A DNA stretch of 64,000 bases from an uncultured Thermoplasmatales archaeon (GCA_964615235.1 CAZTMK010000012.1:844-64843), one strand, 5' to 3'; shown: positions 19,930 to 30,521, counted from the first letter of the stretch. Notes: generated by a model not told the origin, from the letters alone. A program made the numbers and translations.

Positions 19930-21033
19930 ATGATTGATCAACGTGTAAAAAAACTTGCCCAAATACTTGTTAATTACTCTCTTGAAATTAGAAAAAACGA
20001 CCTTTTTGGTATTTATGGCAATCAAATTTCTGCACCGTTAATAAAAGAAGTTTATCGTCAAGCAATTAATCTGGGTGCGCACCCATTCACAAATCTGGCA
20101 TTGGATGGACTTGGCGAAATTTTCTACAATAATGCAAAAGAGGAACAACTCAGATATGTTTCACCCTTGGCAAAATTTGAAATTGAAAAAATCAATGCAA
20201 GATTAGTCATTCTTAGCCCATGGAACACAAAGAATATGACTAATGTTAATCCAAAAAAGCAATCAATAAGAAGTGTTGCCCAACAACCTCTCCACGATAT
20301 TTTTATGAAACGTGCTGCTAAAAGGGATTTAAGATGGTGTGTAACCCAATACCCTTCCAATGCTTCTGCTCAAGATGCTGAAATGTCCCTGGAAGATTAC
20401 GAGAATTTTATTTTCAATGCAGCCCATGTTGATAAAAAAAATCCTATTGAATACTGGAAATCAGTTTTTCAAAAACAAGAGAAAATTAAAAATTTCTTGC
20501 AAAAAAAGAAAAAGCTGTGGGTTGTTGCAAAAGATACAGATTTAACCATTTCTGTTGAGAAAAGAAAATGGATTAATTGTGCAGGAGGGGAAAATTTCCC
20601 TGATGGAGAAGTATTCACAGGACCAGTGGAAAATTCTGCAGAGGGACACATAAGTTATTCATTTCCTGCTGTTCATGGTGGTAGAGAAGTCGATGGAATA
20701 AAACTGTGGTTTAAAAGAGGTAAGGTTGTTAAACAAGAGGCTGCAAAAGGTGAGACTTTTCTTAAAACAATGTTGGATATGGATGAAGGTTCAAGAAGAA
20801 TAGGTGAGTTTGCATTCGGTTTAAATTCAGGAATTAAAAATTATTCAAAAAACACATTGTTTGATGAAAAAATTGGTGGAACAATTCATATAGCATTGGG
20901 TCTTGGATATCCAGAATCGGGCAGTAAAAACAAGTCTGGGCTACATTGGGATATGGTTTGCGACCTACGAAAAGAAGGCGAGGTGTATGCCGATAATGAG
21001 TTAATTTATAAGCGAGGAAAATTTGTTTTTTAA
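19930..21033 (+). CDS. Aminopeptidase, M29 (AmpS/T) family
   Basis: NFPDGEVFTGP, IGEFAFG, LFDEKIGGTIHIALG, SGLHWDMV. Confidence 0.95.
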   Translation: MIDQRVKKLAQILVNYSLEIRKNDLFGIYGNQISAPLIKEVYRQAINLGAHPFTNLALDGLGEIFYNNAKEEQLRYVSPLAKFEIEKINARLVILSPWNTKNMTNVNPKKQSIRSVAQQPLHDIFMKRAAKRDLRWCVTQYPSNASAQDAEMSLEDYENFIFNAAHVDKKNPIEYWKSVFQKQEKIKNFLQKKKKLWVVAKDTDLTISVEKRKWINCAGGENFPDGEVFTGPVENSAEGHISYSFPAVHGGREVDGIKLWFKRGKVVKQEAAKGETFLKTMLDMDEGSRRIGEFAFGLNSGIKNYSKNTLFDEKIGGTIHIALGLGYPESGSKNKSGLHWDMVCDLRKEGEVYADNELIYKRGKFVF

Positions 21034-21090
21034 CTAATTATTACAATATTAACAAGATATTTATAAGAGATGGTTATTCCAAATTCCATC

Positions 21091-22542
21091 ATGTGTGGTA
21101 TAGTTGGCATTATTGGGGGTAGGCCTGTATCACGCCTTATTTATCATAGTCTTTTTGCTATTCAGCACAGAGGACAATCATCTGCCGGGAAACTTACTTA
21201 TGATGGTAATATTCATATAACCAAGGATAGCGGTCTGGTTAGAGATGTTTTTAACGAAGAAAAAAAGATTGATACCCCTGGAAACGTCGGTATCGGTCAC
21301 ACAAGATATTCAACAGCCGGAATGGATGACATTGAATCTTTAAAAAAAAACGCTCAACCCGAATATCTGGTCAATCCTTTCTTAGCTGCTGTTCATAATG
21401 GAAATGTATATAATTTTGCTGAAATTGCTGGTAATACTAAGCGAAGTCCACGTACGGATTGCGATATTCAATGGTTATTACTTCCTATAGCTGATGAGTT
21501 ATACAAAAGGGAACTCAGCAAGGATGTAATTTTTACTGCATGTGAAAAAGTAATGAAAATTGCAAAAGGAAGTTATTCCGCCCTTTTTATTGCAGATTCT
21601 GGTGAGAATCCTTTCCTATTTGCAATAACTGATCCTTATAAAATTCGACCTCTGGTATTGGGTAAAAATGATGGGATGTATTGTCTAACTTCTGAAACAA
21701 GAGTTTTTAAAAAAATAAATTTTGAATATGTAAAGGACGTTCCTGGCGGATCCGTAATAATCATTGATAAGAAAGGTAAAATTTTTGAAAAACAATTAAT
21801 AAAAAAGTCTGAAAAACCCTGCATGTTTGAATTTGTTTATTTTGCAAAACCAGATTCAAGAATTAATGACAGATCGGTACATAACGTAAGAGTAAAAATC
21901 GGAAGATTGCTTGCCCAAGAACATCCTGTTGACGCAGATATTGTTGTTCCAGTGCCAGAATCAGGAAGACGTTATGCAACAGGTTTCTCAAGAGAGTCTG
22001 GTATTCCTCTTGATGAGGGATTGATGAAGGATAAGGATGAACGATCTTTTATTCAACAAACCCAGGAAAGCCGTGATAAGGTTGTTGAGGAAGGTTTGTC
22101 CTATCTACGTTCTGTTCTTGGGGGAAAGAGGGTTGTTCTAATTGATGATTCTATTGTAAGGGGAACAAATATCCGAAAGCTTGTAAAGGGTATAAGAACC
22201 GCTGGTGCTAAAGAGGTTCACATCCGTATAGGTTGCCCGCCATTGATTGCACCGTGTTATCTTGGCATAGATATGCGTAGTAAGAAAGAGTTTATAGCCA
22301 GAAATTCCCACGGAAATATAAGATCTCCTGATGAGATTGCAGATGAGATTGGTGCTGATTCACTTGAATATATTAGCATTAAAGGTCTAGAAGATGCTAT
22401 TGGATTTGAAACATGCAGAGGTTGTATAGATTTCCCTGGTGGATATCCCCATGATTTACAAAAAGATGTGCAGAAACTTTATGCTATAGATCACAAGGGT
22501 GCGAGGGCATATGAAAGCCTCAAACGAAATGATATTGAGTAG
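21091..22542 (+). CDS. purF: Amidophosphoribosyltransferase
   Basis: MCGIVG Ntn N-terminus (start 21091), QHRGQ, GHTRYST, CMFEFVYF, VLIDDSIVRGT. Confidence 0.95.
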   Translation: MCGIVGIIGGRPVSRLIYHSLFAIQHRGQSSAGKLTYDGNIHITKDSGLVRDVFNEEKKIDTPGNVGIGHTRYSTAGMDDIESLKKNAQPEYLVNPFLAAVHNGNVYNFAEIAGNTKRSPRTDCDIQWLLLPIADELYKRELSKDVIFTACEKVMKIAKGSYSALFIADSGENPFLFAITDPYKIRPLVLGKNDGMYCLTSETRVFKKINFEYVKDVPGGSVIIIDKKGKIFEKQLIKKSEKPCMFEFVYFAKPDSRINDRSVHNVRVKIGRLLAQEHPVDADIVVPVPESGRRYATGFSRESGIPLDEGLMKDKDERSFIQQTQESRDKVVEEGLSYLRSVLGGKRVVLIDDSIVRGTNIRKLVKGIRTAGAKEVHIRIGCPPLIAPCYLGIDMRSKKEFIARNSHGNIRSPDEIADEIGADSLEYISIKGLEDAIGFETCRGCIDFPGGYPHDLQKDVQKLYAIDHKGARAYESLKRNDIE

Positions 22543-22550
22543 CGGTCAGT

Positions 22551-22859
22551 ATGATTGAAATAACAACGGGAACAGTTGAAGAAAAAATTATAAAGATTCT
22601 ACAGAAAACCTATCCAGTCACAGTAAAAGACCTAGCAAATAAGCTAAATGTTTCTCAGTCTGTCATCATGAGGGAGGTTCAAAAATTCCGAACTAGAGGC
22701 ATTGTCCAACTTGACTTTTTACCCGATAAAACATACATAAGACTTTTAAGAAATGATTTTAGTTTTGTTGGCAAGAAAAGACAGAAGAAATTTATTAAAC
22801 ACAAATCTAGAGGAAAAACCTATCGGCAAGATGAATATGATGGTTTTATGTATTCCTGA
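22551..22859 (+). CDS. HTH-domain protein
   Basis: VKDLANKLNVSQSVIMREVQK helix-turn-helix; basic tail. Confidence 0.75.
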   Translation: MIEITTGTVEEKIIKILQKTYPVTVKDLANKLNVSQSVIMREVQKFRTRGIVQLDFLPDKTYIRLLRNDFSFVGKKRQKKFIKHKSRGKTYRQDEYDGFMYS

Positions 22860-22874
22860 TTTTTTAAAATATAG

Positions 22875-23300
22875 TTATCCAATAACCTGAATAACATGTT
22901 TATTTACGATTAAAAATTCGACAAGCTCTTCAGTTTGCTTTAAATTTTTTAATAATTCATAATCCAGTATATGCTCGTAGTGTGAAATCACTCTACTGCC
23001 AGAGGGCGACCAGCTAGCAATATCTATATGATCATGGTCAAAATCCTTGACGCTTCCCAGTATAGTAAAAGATTCTGCACGAATTCGAAATGAACAACTT
23101 GTACACTCCAAAATTGTATCATAGGGAGTATAAGCATTAGTATAATCTTCTATAGGGGCAACTTGAACCAAAATGAGTTTTCCATTACACAGAGGACAAG
23201 TTATATTTCCATTGGAGGAATGACTCCAAATGCTGCCTAAAATATCCATCTCCCTCTTATCGTATCTCATTTCATTACCCATTTCTACAATACCCATCAT
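22875..23300 (-). CDS. Zn-ribbon hypothetical protein
   Basis: CPLC...CTSC; start uncertain. Confidence 0.7.
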   Translation of the reverse strand: MMGIVEMGNEMRYDKREMDILGSIWSHSSNGNITCPLCNGKLILVQVAPIEDYTNAYTPYDTILECTSCSFRIRAESFTILGSVKDFDHDHIDIASWSPSGSRVISHYEHILDYELLKNLKQTEELVEFLIVNKHVIQVIG

Positions 23301-23411
23301 AATATTATACCAACTTATTGCATAAATACTTTATTGAAAAACTTGTTTTTCTTACGGCTCTTAAAGCGTCATTTTAATATTGCAGTAAATTCTTTCATAT
23401 ATTGAGATAAA

Positions 23412-24203
23412 ATGAATATCGTAACACTAATGACTGATTTTGGAACAAAAAGTGGTTATGCTGCTCAAATGAAAGCTGTATTACTTTCACATGCAAATTC
23501 AATAAATATTGTTGATATAACTCACGAAATATCTCCGCAAAACATTAGGGAAGGTGCATTTGTCTTAAGACAATCAGTCAAGTATTTTCCAAAGGGAACA
23601 ATTCACGTTGCAGTTGTAGATCCGGGGGTTGGAACCGAGAGAAAAGGAATAATTATTGCAACAAGATCTCAGATTCTAATAGGCCCAGATAATGGTTTGA
23701 TGATGCCTGCTGCCCATTATCTTGGCGATTTTGCAGTGTACGAAATTTCAAACCCTCTCCACATGATGCAAAATGTCTCAAATACATTTCATGGACGAGA
23801 TATTTTCTCTCCCGTGGCTGCAAATATTATTAAAGGGGTTTCCTTCGATCAGTTTGGTAAGCGTCTTTTCAATTTCGTTGATTTGGATTTTGGTCAGGGA
23901 ATTGTAGATAATCAAAGTGCGACAGGAAAAATTATTCATATTGATAGTTTTGGAAATATAATTACTAATATTGACGGCGATAAAATAAAAAAATATGTAG
24001 AATACGGGAAAAAATTGATGATTTTTATTGGTTCCGAGAGGAAGGAAATAACATTCTTTAAAGCGTATGGTTTTGCTCGTAAGCGGCAGATGCTTGCTAC
24101 AGTTGGTAGTAGTAATCTATTTGAAATCGGGATAAATCAGGGAAACGCAGCAAAAAGACTTGGTTTGAAACTAGATGATGAAATAAAAATTTTATTTCCC
24201 TAG
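23412..24203 (+). CDS. SAM hydroxide adenosyltransferase (DUF62, chlorinase/fluorinase family)
   Basis: TLMTDFG, VDITH, VVDPGVGT, GPDNG, TFHGRDIF, IDSFGN. Confidence 0.93.
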   Translation: MNIVTLMTDFGTKSGYAAQMKAVLLSHANSINIVDITHEISPQNIREGAFVLRQSVKYFPKGTIHVAVVDPGVGTERKGIIIATRSQILIGPDNGLMMPAAHYLGDFAVYEISNPLHMMQNVSNTFHGRDIFSPVAANIIKGVSFDQFGKRLFNFVDLDFGQGIVDNQSATGKIIHIDSFGNIITNIDGDKIKKYVEYGKKLMIFIGSERKEITFFKAYGFARKRQMLATVGSSNLFEIGINQGNAAKRLGLKLDDEIKILFP

Positions 24204-24760
24204 AATTCATCCCTATTGTTTCCAATGGTTGTGTATATGTTTTTTCCTAGGTAAAAGATGGGTTGGATGTGCTTATTTTCTAAAATATTGTCCTGAAATG
24301 CGTCTTCAACATAAGAAATGTTTACAACTTCTCCAACAAAAAATGTATGATCTCCTAAGGAAATAGATTCTTTTAATCTGCATTCTAAAATTGAGTATGA
24401 TTCTTGAATTGATGGAGTAGTAACCTCTTTTGAAGGAACAAGTGTAAGATTTGATTGCTTAATTTTGTCGATGTTTCTGCCAGTATGTGTGCCGCAAAAA
24501 TTTACTTTTTTAACAAAATCAAACGGTAAAAAATTAATAACAAATTCTTTTGATTTTTTAATAAGATCGTGTGAGTATCTGCTAGGTGCAACAGAGATTC
24601 CGTAAAGTGGTGGGTTTTTAGAAATTGGGCATTGCCAGGAAATTGTAATGATGTTCGTTTTTTTATCCCCATCATTACAGGTAACCAAAACTGCATGCAT
24701 TGGAAAAGTATAATAGTAGAATTTTTCAAGCTGCGGACAGTTGATTTTACGTTTGTTCAT
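24200..24760 (-). CDS. Flavin reductase-like (flavoredoxin) protein
   Basis: NIITISW, EFVIN, CGTHTGRNIDK, GDHTFFVGEV. Confidence 0.9.
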   Translation of the reverse strand: MNKRKINCPQLEKFYYYTFPMHAVLVTCNDGDKKTNIITISWQCPISKNPPLYGISVAPSRYSHDLIKKSKEFVINFLPFDFVKKVNFCGTHTGRNIDKIKQSNLTLVPSKEVTTPSIQESYSILECRLKESISLGDHTFFVGEVVNISYVEDAFQDNILENKHIQPIFYLGKNIYTTIGNNRDEF

Positions 24761-24835
24761 ATTAAAAAGTATTGATTAATGGGACTTAAAATGATGGATG
24801 TATATGATTATTTACAATGTCTCCTAATTTATGAA

Positions 24836-25951
24836 TTATTTATTAACAATTACAAATAATCCAATTACATAGCCCGTGGTTACTACTTCGACTTTATCTG
24901 CATTTGTTGCCCAAGCAGATACCGTTATTTCAACAGTTCCAATCCCAAAAATTATCCCTGATCCTCTTGTGCTTTCGATTTTTATTGCTCCTGGTTCCAA
25001 TGTTGTTCCGCAATCGATGCATCCTTTACAGATATGAGTTAAATTAATTTTGGAAAATAACCCTCCCTTAATATCTATCTTTGTGGCAATTCCTTCTGTT
25101 GTGTTATCGCCGATATTTTTTACGTCTGTTGTTACTGAACCAAATCCTCCTCTTATGTTCAAAATTTTTAGTTCGGTTGCTGAAACTTCTATTTTAAAAG
25201 TGGTAGAATCACTTTCCATGCCAAATTCATCCTTGGCTCGTACAACAATATTATGTATTCCACTAGAAACCCAACTATGATTTATAAAAATCTCTTCTCC
25301 AGACTCATATGGTCCTATACAAACTCCTTCTTGCCCCTCAGACCAATTTATACAATAGAAAATGTCATCATAATCTGGATCTTCTGTTGTGATTGTAAAT
25401 TCATATTCTTGTCCAGGATACCCCTCATTGGGTCCGTTTATTTCTGGAATTTCCGGTGGACGGTTACTAACAATTGGATATCCTTTATTTTTCCACTCTT
25501 TTATGCCTCCACCCATGTTGTATATCGTTCCCTCAAAGTTGTTATCTATAAGCATATTGGCTGCACTCTCGCTCCTTGAACCTGCTAAACAATACAAGAT
25601 AATTTCTTTCCCTTCATAATTTGACATAAATTCCATTAAAATGTTGGGATTGCTCCATTCAAAATAGTTATGGTGCCGAGGATTTTCTGGATAGGGGGTG
25701 TCAATGTGTTCGGGTATCCATTCTGGGTCAGTTCTCACGTCAATGGGAATTTGAATTCCATTTGAGGCGTTATTTAACAGTGCCCAAGCTTCATCCACAC
25801 TAATATCAGTATAACCGTCAAAACCATATGAAGAATTATTATACTTTGGAATATTTTCTTTAGCAGCAATTGCATTTACTGCAATACTGCTACATAATAA
25901 AATAAATAATATACTATACACTAGGGATTTTTTAATAACAATTTTTCCCAT
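24836..25951 (-). CDS. Secreted rhodanese + PKD + C-terminal Ig-like domain protein
   Basis: Signal peptide; IDVRTDPEW, YCLAGSRS active loop, MGGGIKEW; PKD-like NRPPEIP...EDPD...W. Confidence 0.85.
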   Translation of the reverse strand: MGKIVIKKSLVYSILFILLCSSIAVNAIAAKENIPKYNNSSYGFDGYTDISVDEAWALLNNASNGIQIPIDVRTDPEWIPEHIDTPYPENPRHHNYFEWSNPNILMEFMSNYEGKEIILYCLAGSRSESAANMLIDNNFEGTIYNMGGGIKEWKNKGYPIVSNRPPEIPEINGPNEGYPGQEYEFTITTEDPDYDDIFYCINWSEGQEGVCIGPYESGEEIFINHSWVSSGIHNIVVRAKDEFGMESDSTTFKIEVSATELKILNIRGGFGSVTTDVKNIGDNTTEGIATKIDIKGGLFSKINLTHICKGCIDCGTTLEPGAIKIESTRGSGIIFGIGTVEITVSAWATNADKVEVVTTGYVIGLFVIVNK

Positions 25952-26114
25952 TTAGTTTTAGAACCCCCTTAAATTATTTTATACGGTAATATAAACAATT
26001 GTTAATATATATAATTTGGTATACTATTTTTGAAAATTTCAAATCGACAACAAATTTCTAATTGCCACAAAACAAAATAAATTAATATCAGTTAGGCATA
26101 TTACTGGAGAGAAG

Positions 26115-26879
26115 ATGGGATTAATTAATAAAAATTCAAATATTTCCGTCCTGATTTTATTGATTGTTTTATTATTTATTGTTGGTTTTCCTTCTGTTTT
26201 TGCCGAAGAATATTATGCTGATATCAATATTGAAGTCGACAATTTTGGATTTGTAAAAATAGATGGAACTACCAATCATCCAGATTTATTAGCAAATGAT
26301 ACGGAGATTTATACCTCCAAAAATCAGGGATATTGGCTACTTAATATTTCAAAAGAAGAGATTTTCTCTGATTTTGTTTATGTTCTAACTTTACCAAAAG
26401 GCTCTTCGATTAATTATCTTAAATCATCAGGATCAATCAGAATAGAGGAAGATGAAGGTAATTTGGTTATTAGAGGGTTTGGAGAAAACAAGACCTTTTC
26501 TGTAGTTGTTCAATATCAAACAGAGAGATTATCTGAAAATAATGTTTTAATTGATAACAATTTAATTTTTATTATCGTTATCTTCATTGTCCTAATTGCA
26601 GTTATTATAATTCTAATTATACTTAAAAACGATAAAAATTCTAAGGAAATAATAGAATCAACTGGAGAGATTAATTTAAAAGGTTTGAACGAGCGTCAAA
26701 AGAAAATAATTCAATTATTAAAAGAAACTGACAGGGCGATGACTCAAACAGACATTCAAAAAGAACTAAAAATACCTAAAGCAGCTGTTTCAAGAAATAT
26801 TCTTGGTTTAGAGCGCAAAGGATTAATTGAAAAAGAACAGATTGGCATGTCAAATCTAATTAGATTAAAAAAGCATTAA
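26115..26879 (+). CDS. Membrane-anchored wHTH regulator with extracellular domain
   Basis: Signal peptide, ~115-aa beta-rich domain, TM, LNERQKKII...MTQTDIQKELKIPKAAVSRNILGLERKGLI. Confidence 0.85.
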   Translation: MGLINKNSNISVLILLIVLLFIVGFPSVFAEEYYADINIEVDNFGFVKIDGTTNHPDLLANDTEIYTSKNQGYWLLNISKEEIFSDFVYVLTLPKGSSINYLKSSGSIRIEEDEGNLVIRGFGENKTFSVVVQYQTERLSENNVLIDNNLIFIIVIFIVLIAVIIILIILKNDKNSKEIIESTGEINLKGLNERQKKIIQLLKETDRAMTQTDIQKELKIPKAAVSRNILGLERKGLIEKEQIGMSNLIRLKKH

Positions 26880-26890
26880 TTCCAAGACCT

Positions 26891-26916
26891 GTTCCGCTTT
26901 GTTCCGTTTATTTCCG
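26891..26916 (+). promoter_or_regulatory. Three 10-bp-phased (G/T)TTCCG direct repeats upstream of TATA
   Basis: GTTCCG at 26891 and 26901, TTTCCG at 26911, then AAAATATATAT. Confidence 0.55.
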
Positions 26917-26992
26917 GTTAAAATATATATGCTGTTTCATCCGATATTGTATTGAAAACCAAATGGAAATTGGTTTGTGAGGTGTAGAAAAT

Positions 26993-27949
26993 ATGAAAAA
27001 AATGGCGAAAATTGCCGTTGTGTTGGCAATACTTACATTGCTAACGCCTGTAGTAGTATATGCAGATGAGGTAGATACCACAGAGAACGCTACTGTTGAT
27101 ATAGATACGGGGACCCAGGAAGAAGCAGAAATAATAAAATATGAATTTGGAGCAAGTATTAGACTTTTGCAACTTGAAAAATCAATATTAAAAAATATAA
27201 TTAAAGGAGAAGAAGTTGTTTCTTTTTTAAAAGAGTTGGAATATAATACCACTGATCTTGAAGCAATACTAGCTGAATTGGAACTATTAATGCAGGAAGT
27301 CCAATCCGCTGATCCAAATTCAACTGATGCGGTTCAGATATTTGTTGACCTAAAAAGTGATGCAATTGAACTAACAAAAGAATTTAGGGAAAAGATTAAA
27401 GAATTACTGGATGAGGCGACAATAGAACAATTGAGATTAAGGATAAGAGAAATGGTATCTGAACAAGTTCAAAACCTAACCCAGAGAATCCAGAATCATA
27501 TTAGAATGTTTAACAGAAACCAACTCTACAGAATTTATGGGCTTATTGGAGAATATGATAATTCGACAATAAACAAGTATCAAAATGGAAGCATCACTAA
27601 AGAGCAAGTAAAAAATCAAATTAGCAAAATTGTAAATAATATGACAAAAGCGAAAAAATACAAAATTTTTTCGGAACTTAAAGAGGAAAGAATCAGACTA
27701 AGGGTTCAAGCCACAGTACAAGTTGATAATGCAACTGCCAATTTTCAAGAAAGAAAGGAAATGCGGCTGAGAAACAGAATTCAAAATGCTCTAAAAAACG
27801 TTGAAGGTCCCGTTAGAGCAGAGATACAAAACAGAATAACTTCAAGAATTAACGATCTTGGCACTGATAATGGCAATAAACTAAGTGATGCTGCTGGTAA
27901 CGTTTCAGTTGCCAACAGTGGGGATAATAAAAATGCTGGAGGAAGTTAA
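26993..27949 (+). CDS. Secreted/surface all-helical coiled-coil protein
   Basis: GAGGTG SD, signal peptide, long helical E/K/R/Q-rich body, several N-x-S/T sequons. Confidence 0.8.
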   Translation: MKKMAKIAVVLAILTLLTPVVVYADEVDTTENATVDIDTGTQEEAEIIKYEFGASIRLLQLEKSILKNIIKGEEVVSFLKELEYNTTDLEAILAELELLMQEVQSADPNSTDAVQIFVDLKSDAIELTKEFREKIKELLDEATIEQLRLRIREMVSEQVQNLTQRIQNHIRMFNRNQLYRIYGLIGEYDNSTINKYQNGSITKEQVKNQISKIVNNMTKAKKYKIFSELKEERIRLRVQATVQVDNATANFQERKEMRLRNRIQNALKNVEGPVRAEIQNRITSRINDLGTDNGNKLSDAAGNVSVANSGDNKNAGGS

Positions 27950-27951
27950 GT

Positions 27952-28152
27952 ATGAATAAAAAGATAATGGGAATTGTTTTCGGTGCAATAGTAATAATTT
28001 CCTCCGTTGTTTTTCTATATAACTACGCAGAAAATTCAAAGGACAGCACTGACGACGAATATCAAGATTATACCACCGATGATGTAATCGATGAAATTGA
28101 TAGCAGCCTTCTTGGGGAAGATGATGAGGTTGAGATTGGAGATATGGTCTAA
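27952..28152 (+). CDS. Small membrane-anchored acidic protein
   Basis: N-terminal TM, D/E-rich tail ending EVEIGDMV; GGAGG SD. Confidence 0.75.
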   Translation: MNKKIMGIVFGAIVIISSVVFLYNYAENSKDSTDDEYQDYTTDDVIDEIDSSLLGEDDEVEIGDMV

Positions 28153-28201
28153 AAATCTATTTCTCCTTTCTCATGATTTTAAATATAACTCTATTCAAAA
28201 A

Positions 28202-28423
28202 TTAGAATTTCAACAACGCATCTAAAAGTCCATGACCATAATTAATGCAACCGAACGCGGTAAAATGATCTTTTTTTTCTAAATAATATTTTGAATCCTG
28301 ATAATATTGAATTGCAAGTTCGACTATTTTGCTATGGATTAAATTTTTATCTTTAAGATTAAGCTTTTTAAGATTTTCTTCAAACATTACGATATCTTTT
28401 TCAATGCGCGTTTTTTCATCCAT
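28202..28423 (-). CDS. DUF357-like protein
   Basis: YYQDSKYYLEKKD.FTAFGCINYGHGLLDA. Confidence 0.85.
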   Translation of the reverse strand: MDEKTRIEKDIVMFEENLKKLNLKDKNLIHSKIVELAIQYYQDSKYYLEKKDHFTAFGCINYGHGLLDALLKF

Positions 28424-28477
28424 AATTATTTGAAAATTAATAGGACTATTAGAAGATTGGGTTAAGTAAAAAATACA

Positions 28478-29092
28478 TTAATGGGGGACATTACCACCTA
28501 ATAAGATTGAGCTAACAACGCATAAAAACGCAGTGGCAATTCCTACCAGCAGCATTTGTAAACCATATCTTATCATGCTTTCGTCACTGATTTTTGCTAG
28601 GTATATTCCTAATAATACCAATATGGTTAAGGTCAGTCCGATGCAGATGAAAAAAGCATCATCGACAGTAATTATTCCAAAATTTACAAAGAAAAATGGA
28701 GATACTACAAAAATTGCTGCCATTGCAGGTGATGCACCATCAATTACAGATGCAAGAACAGTTGCATATCTATGAGATTTATGATGAATTCCGTTTTTCA
28801 AATCTGTAAGCATTGCTTTTTCCAAATCCTTTAATTTTTTTGTTCTCTCTGCTTTTTCAGTCATGTAGGCGCCACTAATTCCTGAAGTACCCATAGCAAT
28901 TGATCCAGCAATAGCTGCACTTATAATGGGCAACGGCTCTAAAATACCGGCTACATAAGCACCTATAACTACCCCCAACATAGTGAGTGCACCATCAAAA
29001 GCATTCATTACAAAATAGCGGCGGGTGATGGGACCAACACCAGAAATCTCATGATACTTTTTCCATCTCTTTATTATCTTCTTTCCAACCAT
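28478..29092 (-). CDS. VIT1/CCC1 family membrane protein
   Basis: RRYFVMNAFDGALT, SGAYMTEKAER, 5 TM. Confidence 0.85.
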   Translation of the reverse strand: MVGKKIIKRWKKYHEISGVGPITRRYFVMNAFDGALTMLGVVIGAYVAGILEPLPIISAAIAGSIAMGTSGISGAYMTEKAERTKKLKDLEKAMLTDLKNGIHHKSHRYATVLASVIDGASPAMAAIFVVSPFFFVNFGIITVDDAFFICIGLTLTILVLLGIYLAKISDESMIRYGLQMLLVGIATAFLCVVSSILLGGNVPH

Positions 29093-29213
29093 TATCGTTT
29101 CACTTTGAAACTATCTGCCTTATATAGTCTCATGGATAAAAGGTTTTTGAATATTATGTTCCTAATTTAATTATGCAAAGGTTTTATTTAATAATTATAA
29201 TTGTTAAAACAGA

Positions 29214-30371
29214 ATGATTGAATTGGATAACTATTATAATGGTTTTGAACAAGGACCAATTCGTCCTCCAAGTGAGGCAAAAAGTCTCCTTTTAAGAGTT
29301 ACAAGAAATTGTCCATGGAATAAATGTACGTTCTGTCCGATATATAAAAACTCAAAATTTTCTATTAGAGATATAAAACATGTCAAATACGATATTGAGA
29401 CTATTGCAAAATTTATTGAAAGGCTAAATGAGATCAGAGAGGAAAATGACAAAATAAATCAATATCTAATTAGAGGGGAATTTAATTCTCTAAATCCCAA
29501 AGATATTTATGCTTTTGAGACAGCATATCACTGGTTTACTAATGGTATGAATTCGATTTTTTTACAGGATTCTAACAGCTTGGTGATAAAACCTGATAAT
29601 CTAGTTAAAATCCTTAGATATATCAAGGAAAAATTTCCCAGAGTAAAAAGAATTACATCGTATGCAAGATCAAGCACAATTTTTAAAATCTCTGAAGATA
29701 AATTAGCAGAAATTGCAAAGGCTGGACTAAATAGGATTCATATAGGGATGGAATCTGGGGCTGATATAGTTCTCAAAAATGTTAAAAAAGGAGCAACAAA
29801 AGAGACTCATATTTTGGCAGGTAAAAAGGTCAAAAATGCGAGAATGGAACTTTCTGAATATATGATGCCTGGACTTGGGGGGAAAAAACTCTCAAAAATT
29901 CATGCAATTGAATCGGCAGATGCACTTAATAAAATAAATCCAGATTTCATTAGGTTAAGACCGCTTGCGATTCCATACCACATACCATTGTATAAGGATT
30001 ATATTGATGGAAAGTTTCAAAAATGTACGGATTTGATGATGGTAAAAGAATTGAAAATATTTATAGAAAATTTGGATGAGATCGATAGTATGATACAAAG
30101 CGATCATATTCTTAATTTATTTGCAGATTTGGAAGGTAAATTTCTAGAGGATAAACAAAAGATGTTAAAAACATTAGATTTATTTCTTAAATTGAGACCT
30201 AAGCAGAGGGGACTATATCAGGTTGGTAGACGTTTGGGTATATTTTCTACCTTAAAGGATTTAGAAAATCCATATTTACTTTCGCAAGTTAAAAATTATT
30301 GTGACAGGTTTAAGTTAAATAGAAAAAATATCAATGAATTTACTGATAGTTTAATGCAGAGATTTATCTAA
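29214..30371 (+). CDS. Radical SAM protein, uncharacterised
   Basis: GPIRPPSEA...CPWNKCTFC, FLQDSN, HIGMESG, SDHILN. Confidence 0.9.
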   Translation: MIELDNYYNGFEQGPIRPPSEAKSLLLRVTRNCPWNKCTFCPIYKNSKFSIRDIKHVKYDIETIAKFIERLNEIREENDKINQYLIRGEFNSLNPKDIYAFETAYHWFTNGMNSIFLQDSNSLVIKPDNLVKILRYIKEKFPRVKRITSYARSSTIFKISEDKLAEIAKAGLNRIHIGMESGADIVLKNVKKGATKETHILAGKKVKNARMELSEYMMPGLGGKKLSKIHAIESADALNKINPDFIRLRPLAIPYHIPLYKDYIDGKFQKCTDLMMVKELKIFIENLDEIDSMIQSDHILNLFADLEGKFLEDKQKMLKTLDLFLKLRPKQRGLYQVGRRLGIFSTLKDLENPYLLSQVKNYCDRFKLNRKNINEFTDSLMQRFI

Positions 30372-30383
30372 ATAAAACTAAAT

Positions 30384-30521
30384 TGTCGTCTTAGATACGA
30401 TATTATTCAATAATATATTGTCGGCTTTTAAACGACATTTTTACAATTAATTATTTAAGGAGTTATTTATGGATTATCAAGATAATTTTTTTTCTGTTGT
30501 TTTATCGCTTTTCTGCCGACA
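30384..30521. promoter_or_regulatory. Three copies of TGTCG-N9-CGACA operator-like palindrome
   Basis: 30384-30402 TGTCG..CGATA; 30419-30437 TGTCG..CGACA; 30503-30521 TATCG..CGACA, upstream of TATA (ATATTTAAA). Confidence 0.7.

Noticed and set aside
23412..24203. Fluorinase/chlorinase (halogenase) function
   Set aside because: Retains DUF62 hydrolase-type motifs (VVDPG, TFHGRD); the SAM hydrolase is the common archaeal form
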